A stretch of DNA of 23,863 bases from a virus (Duplodnaviria; Heunggongvirae; Uroviricota; Caudoviricetes): IMG/VR virus record IMGVR_UViG_2534682349_000001, one strand, 5' to 3'. Below are positions 1 through 6,845 of this stretch, piece after piece. The notes beneath the pieces are model-generated. The model worked only from the letters and a program-made list of their open reading frames with translations, ran no database searches and had not been told where the DNA came from. The position numbers and the translations under genes are program-made. Position 1 is the first letter of the stretch. The number at the start of each line of letters is the position of its first letter.

Positions 1-363
1 AGCCAATCTAACGAAGATATGGTTAACTACGTTATCACTAGTAGCAAAGGACATAAAATCACTAATGCTATCGCATATATCAAAGCTGCAATTACCAATG
101 CTCTGAAACGTGGGGACAAGTGCGCTCAAGATATGATTAACTTTTACAACTCTAACGTTAAAAATACGTTTTCTAGTTACAAGAAAAAGCCAGCAAAGCA
201 CTTTATGTCTGAAGAAGAAGTAAATGCTATGGTTGCAAAAGACGAAGAGGAAATGCGTCAAAATGATCCGGAATTTTATGCGCGTCTACAAGAAATTAAA
301 CGTCGTAGTGCAGAAAAGGCAAAAAGAAAACCTGTAATCCCAATTTACAAACTGGGTTACTAA
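1..363 (+). CDS. C-terminal part of a protein starting upstream of the window; possible replication initiator
   Basis: Frame is open from base 1 (AGC CAA TCT AAC GAA GAT ATG). NYVI...KITNAIAYIKAAITNA resembles the C-terminal KIxNxxAY motif of RepA_N-type initiators (recognised by eye). Confidence 0.4.
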   Translation, partial: SQSNEDMVNYVITSSKGHKITNAIAYIKAAITNALKRGDKCAQDMINFYNSNVKNTFSSYKKKPAKHFMSEEEVNAMVAKDEEEMRQNDPEFYARLQEIKRRSAEKAKRKPVIPIYKLGY

Positions 364-375
364 TTTGTACCAAAT

Positions 376-440
376 TTTTCAAAAAAAGTGTTACCGATAG
401 GTGCAATTTTGTGACTTGCCTATGCAAAATTTGATATAGT
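376..440 (+). promoter_or_regulatory. Putative promoter with conserved upstream element, copy 1
   Basis: 31-nt core 390-420 is 25/31 identical to 2358-2388. Extended -10 TGaTATAGT at 432-440 lies 14 nt after the core. Confidence 0.55.
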
Positions 441-552
441 GCCTCCAGAACGTTGATAGAATACTGGCTCGCAAATTCCGCTATTAGATCTTACTAACTC
501 CGGTATGCAGTGCTTGTTGTATCGACGTAAATAATGCTGCGGAGGAAATCAA

Positions 553-1311
553 ATGGATATCTTAGACAAGTACAATAACGATGATAAATTGACGGACCTT
601 CCTAAAACCAATATGACATTGGCAATCGACAAGAAAATATTTAACGATAAAAATGTTAGCATTGACGAGATTGGATTGTATGCTTATTTAGTATTTATAA
701 GTGGGAGGGTTGGAGAATACAACGGGAAAAGAGTTGTAACCAATTACAAAGCTCTTGACCTATATAAGCGAATATATAAGCCTAAGGGGCTAAGTGGATC
801 GTATAGAAAAACAGTTGATAATATTGAAAAAATGCTCCGACATCTAGAAGAGTTGGGCTATATCAAAAGATTCACATCAATGGGCTATCCAATTATAGCT
901 ATGTCAGAAATCGAAGATAAACAATCGTCTATATTAATAAATGTAGTTAACGCAAAAATAATAACAAACGGAACATCGAGCAGACAAACATTAAAGTTAC
1001 TTGCTACCTATGCCGCATTAAGATTATGTATATCTGAAAGAAGAAAAAGATCTAAAGTGGATACCGGTAAAAAAGTGTTTGATATGCCATTAGGACATGT
1101 GGCGAATTATGTTAATAGTGATCCAAGAACGGTTAATCGATATTTACAATGGTTGCGGACTAATTATGTCTTAGCATATTTTAAAGTCGTTTTACCCCAA
1201 GTGGATAAACCAATGAGATGTGTCTATTCGGATATATATGATCATAAGACGTTGAGAGAGAATGTTGAATACCGACTACGTAAAGGGTATGTAAAAAGAG
1301 TTGTTGAATAG
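553..1311 (+). CDS. Winged-HTH DNA-binding protein, paralog A (252 aa)
   Basis: RBS GGAGG at 541-545. C-terminal HTH-like segment LGHVANYVNSDPRTVNRYLQWL. Collinear similarity to 1344..2090. Confidence 0.75.
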   Translation: MDILDKYNNDDKLTDLPKTNMTLAIDKKIFNDKNVSIDEIGLYAYLVFISGRVGEYNGKRVVTNYKALDLYKRIYKPKGLSGSYRKTVDNIEKMLRHLEELGYIKRFTSMGYPIIAMSEIEDKQSSILINVVNAKIITNGTSSRQTLKLLATYAALRLCISERRKRSKVDTGKKVFDMPLGHVANYVNSDPRTVNRYLQWLRTNYVLAYFKVVLPQVDKPMRCVYSDIYDHKTLRENVEYRLRKGYVKRVVE

Positions 1312-1343
1312 TCTCGTAAATCATTGATTGTAAGGAGGAATAC

Positions 1344-2090
1344 ATGGAATACGACACAGTAATTAATAAATACAATGGACTGAAAAATAAAGCATTGTAC
1401 ACACAAACATTTGCAACTGTCGGGAAAAAACTTTTCAATGATAATGATCTTGATATAGATGACATTGGCTTATATGTTTTTCTCGTCACTAGATCACGAC
1501 AATCCTTAGAGAATGATGGAATTGGGATCGTAGATAGGATTGATTCACTATCTATTTACAAAATGGTATACCGACCCCAAAAACTCCAAGGCAAGTATAG
1601 AGAGATCGTTGGTGACATTGAGGAAAGGATAAACCGCTTAGAGGACCATGGGTTTATTGAAAGAATAGTAAACACCATTGGCGAACAAGCTATTAAGATC
1701 CCACAAAATGACTTGGACGGTGGATTCGCAAAGCTTTATGCCCCTGGTATAAAAGTGATACTAAGGAACCTTACAGGTAAGAAGATGTTGCGAAAGTTAG
1801 CGGTTTATGCAGCATTTAGGACACTAATATTTGAGGGCAGCACAGGCACGTTCGTTATCGAGAGGGCGCCAATGATTTTAAGTAAAATGTTAGGTCTTAG
1901 CAAAGTATCCATGAACAATCACCTTAAATGGCTAAGAGAAAATTATGTATTAGCTTATTTCAAATGTAAACGAGCAAGTATGAATGATTCATGGAAACAA
2001 TACTATTCAGATATTGTCCAATATGACAGGTTGGTTATAAACGTCAAAGCTCAATACGATCGTGGCTTCATCAAAGAGATTATCGAATAG
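1344..2090 (+). CDS. Winged-HTH DNA-binding protein, paralog B (248 aa)
   Basis: RBS AAGGAGG. HTH-like segment LSKMLGLSKVSMNNHLKWL. Shares IGLY, LxxYAA, WLRxNYVLAYFK and YSDI motifs with paralog A. Confidence 0.75.
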   Translation: MEYDTVINKYNGLKNKALYTQTFATVGKKLFNDNDLDIDDIGLYVFLVTRSRQSLENDGIGIVDRIDSLSIYKMVYRPQKLQGKYREIVGDIEERINRLEDHGFIERIVNTIGEQAIKIPQNDLDGGFAKLYAPGIKVILRNLTGKKMLRKLAVYAAFRTLIFEGSTGTFVIERAPMILSKMLGLSKVSMNNHLKWLRENYVLAYFKCKRASMNDSWKQYYSDIVQYDRLVINVKAQYDRGFIKEIIE

Positions 2091-2121
2091 TTGAGTGTTA
2101 CAAACGCCGTTCTTACGCATG

Positions 2122-2231
2122 GAAAGATATGGGTGCATTTTCTCCACTCAAAATAAAGGGGGACGTAAAGAGTTGGGTGAAGAAAGTTCAGGGTAGCGTG
2201 AAAGATTTGGGTGTATTTAGTTCACTCAAAA
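2122..2231. repeat. Two 32-bp direct repeats (iteron/operator-like), each with an internal TGGGTG-N9-CACTCA dyad
   Basis: 2122-2153 and 2200-2231 match at 27/32, offset 78 bp. Extra half-sites near 2092 (TGAGTG) and 2174 (TGGGTG). Confidence 0.8.
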
Positions 2232-2241
2232 GTTTACACAT

Positions 2242-2286
2242 TATAAGAATAATATATAAGAATAATATAGAGTAAGAATAACTATA
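2242..2286. repeat. Tandem AT-rich 13-mers (DUE-like)
   Basis: TATAAGAATAATA is perfectly repeated at 2242-2254 and 2255-2267, with a degenerate third copy TAAGAATAACTATA at 2273-2286. Confidence 0.8.
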
Positions 2287-2318
2287 TGCCCCGCGCGGAG
2301 GCGGAGCATATTTTCTTT
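2284..2318 (+). terminator. Putative intrinsic terminator after the paralog pair
   Basis: ATATGC-C-CCGC / GCGG-A-GCATAT hairpin followed by TTTCTTT. Confidence 0.5.
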
Positions 2319-2345
2319 GGCGACTAATATAAATGATCGCTTAAC

Positions 2346-2408
2346 TTTTCAAAAAACGTTACCGGTAGATGCAGATCTGTGACCTGCCCACCGTGTTCTT
2401 GGTACAAT
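2346..2408 (+). promoter_or_regulatory. Putative promoter with conserved upstream element, copy 2
   Basis: Core 2358-2388 matches 390-420. Extended -10 TGgTACAAT at 2400-2408 lies at the same 14-nt spacing. Confidence 0.55.
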
Positions 2409-2434
2409 AACACCAGCGAACACGGTTTTTATTT
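2391..2434 (+). terminator. Terminator-like hairpin overlapping the -10 of promoter copy 2
   Basis: CCGTGTTC(2391-2398)/GAACACGG(2418-2425) plus an inner TTGGT/ACCAG stem, followed by TTTTTATTT. Confidence 0.45.
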
Positions 2435-2503
2435 TTGGAATTAATCACAACAAAAATATTGAAATGAATTTATTTTACAAAAAGAGAGGGATACAAAGAT
2501 AAG

Positions 2504-3226
2504 GTGAACAAAACGCTATTTAAAACTGAATTAAAGACGTACGAAGAGAGGAAAGAGAATATTGATAAAGAATTAAGCCTCAAACTCTTCGAGGAATTTA
2601 ATCGTGATGACATTGATAAGGGTAAGACAATGGCGGAAAGCTATTCGGGCTGGTTTAATGACCGAATTGTTCAATACTTAGTACACGGGCGCAATATAGA
2701 TAATCCAAAGGAAACAGATTATCCATTTTATGCGAGTGATTATGATTATTACAGAACAGGAATGGCTAAAGCCACATTGCTAACTGCGCAGATTGATGAT
2801 TGGGTCAATCCGATCATGTCAAAGGATTACGAAATAAAAAATCAGGAAAATAAAAAAGAATATATTGAACGCTTATTTGATACAAACAATTTAGAAGTTA
2901 ATGACTTAAGAAATTTTATTAAATTAGGGCTTCACAAGGATCTGAAAAAGTTAAATTTTGAAGATTATTCTTTTGATTTATTACGAAATTTGCAAGAATT
3001 GCAAAAAATTGTTTGGATGGGCTGTACAAAAAATACTGATCAAATATTTTTGAATTATTTTGATGGAAAAAGATCAATTAATGAAATAAGCGTTATTTAT
3101 GGTGTTACTCATCAGAATGTTTCAAAAAAATTAACAAGAATTTGCAAAAATGCCTTAAAAAAGTTGCGCGCACATAAAGGGTGCGCTTGTCTTAATGAGG
3201 AAGTAGATAATAAATTATCTGCTTAG
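2504..3226 (+). CDS. Sigma-70 region 4-like HTH transcription regulator or phage sigma factor (240 aa)
   Basis: C-terminal FLNYFDGKRSINEISVIYGVTHQNVSKKLTRICKNALKKLR is a typical region 4 HTH. No clear region 2 was recognised. Confidence 0.6.
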   Translation: MNKTLFKTELKTYEERKENIDKELSLKLFEEFNRDDIDKGKTMAESYSGWFNDRIVQYLVHGRNIDNPKETDYPFYASDYDYYRTGMAKATLLTAQIDDWVNPIMSKDYEIKNQENKKEYIERLFDTNNLEVNDLRNFIKLGLHKDLKKLNFEDYSFDLLRNLQELQKIVWMGCTKNTDQIFLNYFDGKRSINEISVIYGVTHQNVSKKLTRICKNALKKLRAHKGCACLNEEVDNKLSA

Positions 3227-3294
3227 TCGTAAAATACTTGCGTTTGTACCATTTTTCTTCGCGGTTGTTGCGAACCGCGGAGTTATGAGGATTA

Positions 3295-3327
3295 AGGGTA
3301 TTAGTCAGTTCGACTCTGACATATCCT
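3295..3327 (+). ncRNA. tRNA-minihelix-like element 1 (7 bp, 2-nt bulge, 5 bp, TTCGACT T-loop)
   Basis: AGGGTAT(3295-3301)/ATATCCT(3321-3327); GTCAG(3304-3308)/CTGAC(3316-3320); loop TTCGACT 3309-3315. Confidence 0.5.
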
Positions 3328-3373
3328 CACCGTATAAAATAAACATTTTAACAAGAGAGCGAGAGAGAAAAAT

Positions 3374-3640
3374 ATGTTAAACAAGAAAGATTTAATTGAA
3401 ATTATTGCAAAGCAACAAGAAACTACAAAGGTTGAAGCTAAGAAGATTGTGGACGCCTTTACTGATGGTATTAAGTCCATTATGGAGGACAACAAGTCAG
3501 TAAACATTACAGGTTTTGCAAAGTTTGAAAGTAAGTACAAAGAAGCTTACAAGCGTGTATTTGGTGTAACTGGTGAATTAATTGAAGTCCCAGCACATCA
3601 CGTACACAAGGCAACTTTATCAAAGAAGATTGCTGAATAA
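3374..3640 (+). CDS. hup: HU family histone-like DNA-binding protein
   Basis: MLNKKDLIEIIAKQQETTKVEAKKIVDAF...VNITGFAKFE...ELIEVPA...ATLSK is a classic HU fold signature. Confidence 0.93.
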   Translation: MLNKKDLIEIIAKQQETTKVEAKKIVDAFTDGIKSIMEDNKSVNITGFAKFESKYKEAYKRVFGVTGELIEVPAHHVHKATLSKKIAE

Positions 3641-3647
3641 TTAAGTT

Positions 3648-3708
3648 AACAGTTCATCCGTTAGTCCATGGAGCTATAAAAACCCACGATCGAATGGGCT
3701 GTTGGGTT
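3648..3708 (+). ncRNA. Candidate structured RNA (stem plus possible pseudoknot)
   Basis: AACAGTTCAT(3648-3657)/ATGGGCTGTT(3694-3703) 10-bp stem. Loop AACCCA(3681-3686) is complementary to TGGGTT(3703-3708). Confidence 0.3.
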
Positions 3709-3744
3709 GGTTAAGCAGTCCGAACTAAATAATGTCACACGGAA

Positions 3745-3850
3745 GCGCTCGTGTGATTTTCAAAGCAGATAATAACCAGTGAAAACCTCCTTAATAACAA
3801 ATAAAAAATGAAACTGAGATTATTGTCTGTTGTGAAAACTACACGAGCGT
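3745..3850 (+). ncRNA. Long hairpin RNA with an anti-Shine-Dalgarno sequence in its loop
   Basis: 3745-3775 pairs with 3820-3850 in register (29/31 pairs including G-U). The loop carries ACCTCCTT at 3785-3792. Confidence 0.55.
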
Positions 3851-3877
3851 AAATTATGTGACGAAGGGGACAATCAT

Positions 3878-4048
3878 ATGAATTTAGATATTGATGTCGC
3901 CCTCAAGAAGCATGTTGAGTTCGTGCTTAGAAAAATGGACGAAATTGAAGCGTGCGAAGAACTATCAATTCATAACATGGCAGACCTTGACCGGTATGCT
4001 CACATATTAAGAAATCTAGCACAAACTCACGAAGCAATTATGAAGTAG
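3878..4048 (+). CDS. Small hypothetical protein, 56 aa (not in the ORF track)
   Basis: RBS GAAGGGGA at 3863-3870. MNLDIDVALKKHVEFVLRKMDEIEACEELSIHNMADLDRYAHILRNLAQTHEAIMK. The stop abuts the RBS of the next gene. Confidence 0.7.
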   Translation: MNLDIDVALKKHVEFVLRKMDEIEACEELSIHNMADLDRYAHILRNLAQTHEAIMK

Positions 4049-4060
4049 AGAGGTGAGTCA

Positions 4061-4837
4061 ATGGCAGGAAAAATATGTGTCATCTGTGGTAAAGAAAAAA
4101 GGTCTAATCAGCTTTTGAGACACAAGAACTTATTACTTGATACTGGTTTTTCTATCTGTCGCGATTGCGCCAATATGGTAGCCGATTTTAGCAATGAGGA
4201 TTCAGTTATTGAAATGGCTCAATTCGCAAATATTCCCTTTGTCAAGAATCTTTATATTGACGTAAAAAGAACAAGCAAGAACCCTAATTTCGGAGAATAC
4301 TTAAAGAAAATAGCTCCGTATAAGAATTTCAAGACCTTCTCAGATTCTGTATTCACAACAGATCATGCCGAGGAAACAGTAAGTATTACCCCCGAATTAG
4401 AAAGTAGATGGGGCAAGGGATATAACGAAGAAGAATATGCTTATTTTGAGAATGTGCTACAAGGTCTTATTGCAATTAAACCGGCAACAACGGCATTTGA
4501 GATTCAGAGATATGTTGCCAATGTAAAGTTGAAGGACGCATTGGATAAGGCGTTTATGGATGGAGACTCTAAGGCGATCACTGCCTTACGTAAAGCATAT
4601 TCAGAAGATTCAAAGGATTTAGGGTTTGACGCTGTGCTTAGTGGGAATGATGACAGTGGAAAGACGTTGGGTCAAAGAATTCAAGGTTGGGAACTTAGTG
4701 AACCTGTTCCAGATAGCGATAAATACGAAGACGCTGCTGGCTTAAAGAAGTACATTGAAAAATGGTTCGTGATTCCTATGAAGAGAACCTTTGGTGTCGC
4801 CTCTGAAAAGGAGGTTGAAAGTCTATATGAAGACTGA
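4061..4837 (+). CDS. Putative terminase small subunit / terminase-associated protein with N-terminal Zn finger
   Basis: CxxC...CxxC (CVIC, CRDC). Directly upstream of and overlapping the terL start. Function is assigned from position only. Confidence 0.5.
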   Translation: MAGKICVICGKEKRSNQLLRHKNLLLDTGFSICRDCANMVADFSNEDSVIEMAQFANIPFVKNLYIDVKRTSKNPNFGEYLKKIAPYKNFKTFSDSVFTTDHAEETVSITPELESRWGKGYNEEEYAYFENVLQGLIAIKPATTAFEIQRYVANVKLKDALDKAFMDGDSKAITALRKAYSEDSKDLGFDAVLSGNDDSGKTLGQRIQGWELSEPVPDSDKYEDAAGLKKYIEKWFVIPMKRTFGVASEKEVESLYED

Positions 4838-5027
4838 AAAGACACAACAAAAGTCTAGCTATTTTGAAAAACGAGAACGCAACCTGATGAAATGGGTTGG
4901 ATATTGGCGAAGAAACCCACAGATATTCGTAAAAGATTATCTTGGAGTTAACCTGAAGCCTTATCAGAAATTGTTGTTTTACATGATGAATAAGGTTGAT
5001 TTCTTCATGTATATTGCGGCGAGAGGT
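4827..5027 (+). CDS. terL: Terminase large subunit, exon 1
   Basis: SD AAGGAGGT at 4808-4815, ATG 4827. Contains LKPYQKLL (Q motif) and YIAARG (first half of Walker A), followed by in-frame TAA at 5031. Confidence 0.85.
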
Positions 5028-5277
5028 TTGTAATACTGGCCTAGCTAGTTAGAAATAATTAGTCGTAATCGCGGAACTAAGCTGGAAGCCTAAGTTGAAA
5101 GATATGGTAATCAGAGGGGAAGGCTCATATGAGTCACTCGCAGAGCATAGTAGGTGAAATAATCCTACCACGAGGCCGCGACATCTAAACAAGTAAAGTT
5201 GCAGATGAAAAGTTATGCCGAGCTTATGGGAAACCATAAGAAGTAGATGATAAAAAGCGTCTACGATAACAACGCTA
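5028..5277 (+). ncRNA. ORF-less group I intron (IA-like, has P7.1) in terL; 3' boundary uncertain (5274, 5277 or 5280)
   Basis: P1 AGGU/GCCU with U5027-G5039. P2 5044-5063 with GAAA loop. P3 UCGCGG 5069-74/CCGCGA 5176-81. P7 G(a)GCAUA 5143-49/UAUGCC 5214-19. P7.1 5150-68. P8 CAUCU/AGAUG. P9 CUUAUGG-GAAA-CCAUAAG 5223-40. P9.1 5243-64. Confidence 0.85.
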
Positions 5278-6830
5278 CAGGGTAAGTCTTTTTTAATTGC
5301 TTTGTACTGTATTGTTCGGTGTATTTTATACCCGGAACAAAGATAGTACTAGCGTCCGGGACGCGCTCACAAGCTGCAAATATCATTTCACAAAAGATAG
5401 TGGACTTTTACGATCAATCAGCAGCAGTTCGATACGAAATAGGTTACAAGAAGGACCATATTAAAACGACGGTCAATGAGGCAAAGGTTGAGTTTAAGAA
5501 TGGATCGAGGATCTTTGCCGCTACATCTGGTGAAAGTGCTCGTGGTTTACGTTGTAATATCTTAATCTGTGACGAATTTCGTCTGATTAAGAAAGAAACA
5601 TTGGATAAGATTCTAAAACCGATGCTTAACGTTTACCGCCAGCCACCATATTTATCGAAACCAGAATATAGTCACTTAAGGCGAGAGGAAAACAAACAGA
5701 TTTACATTTCTTCTGCTTGGTATAAGTCGCATTGGATATGGGACGAATTCAAGAGTTATTTTAAGAAAATGACCAATTCGGATAAGCGTTATTTCGTTTC
5801 AATCCTCCCATATCAATTATCGGTTAAGAGTGGATTACTTTCACAGAGTGCAGTTGATGCCGAAAGAACAAGTGACACATTCGATCAAACGAGTTTTGAT
5901 ATGGAATATGAAACTATATTTGTTGGTGAAAATGATAAAGCCTACTTCAAGCTTGATCCATTAAACAAGATTAGAACGGTGGGAAAGACGTTTAGACCTC
6001 CAACTAATCAAGAATTCGTTGAAAATCAACATAGATCAAAACCAAGAATGTTGTCGAATTTCAAACGTGTCGATAAAGTAAATGAAATTAGAATAGTAGC
6101 CCTTGATATTGCCTTAATGGGTGGAAATAAGCTCGTTAAGAACGATACATCAGCATTTACGTTGATGAGGTTAATTCGTGAGGGTGATGAATATAAGCGC
6201 CAGGTTGTCTATTTGGAAAGTATTCAAGAGTCAATTTCTTCGGAGAACTTAGCTATTCGTTTAAAACAACTATATTACGACTTTGAAGCCGATTATGTAG
6301 TTATGGATGCGAATGGTAATGGGTTGGGAGTATTTGATGCTTGTACAACCGTCCTTACAGATAAAGATCGTGATATAGAATATCCGGCCTGGGCTTGTAT
6401 CAATGATGACGAAACAAACGATAGAACAAAAACTAAGGGAATTAAATGTGTATATACGGTTAAGGCAAATGCGGCTTTCAACCACGAAATTGCAGTTTCC
6501 CTAAAGAATGTCATTGAATCTGGAAAACTCAGATTACCTATGAATGACATTCAAAAGCGCGAAGAATTACAGGAAGATAAGGAATATCGAAAGTTGCCGG
6601 CCGAAGAACAAATTAAGGTCTTATATCCATATGTTCAAGCGACTGCATTGGTCAACGAGTTGGTAAACCTTGAATATACCGTTAGAACAGGATATATCAA
6701 GATTTACGAAGTCGGAACAACGACTAAGGATAGGTACAGTTCAATTGCTTACTGTAATTACTATGCAAATGAATTAGAAAAAGAATTAAAAGAAGAAGCA
6801 TCTAATAATTATGCTTACTTCATGCTCTAA
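5278..6830 (+). CDS. terL: Terminase large subunit, exon 2 (one-base frameshift at about 5331-5334)
   Basis: (Q)GKSFLIALYCIVRCILYP starts at 5278/5281 and continues in the -1 frame as GTKIVLASGTRSQA. Walker B ILICDEF. Nuclease motifs VALDIA, MDANGNG and KDRYSS. Confidence 0.9.
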
Positions 6831-6845
6831 ATAGGCGGTGGAGTT

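Noticed and set aside
2129-2275. 48-codon ORF running through the origin-like repeats
   Set aside because: It has no convincing RBS, its sequence is dictated by the repeats, and it is out of frame with the upstream gene.
2122-2286. CRISPR array
   Set aside because: There are only two long repeats plus tandem 13-mers, with no regular spacers and no cas genes.
3695-3726. Hammerhead/twister/pistol resemblance (CUGUUGG...CGAA)
   Set aside because: It lacks the CUGANGA and GAAA cores and the other ribozyme consensus elements.
3760-3800. Minus-strand AAGGAGGT as RBS of a type I toxin peptide
   Set aside because: There is no ATG/GTG/TTG at usable spacing and no hydrophobic peptide ORF.
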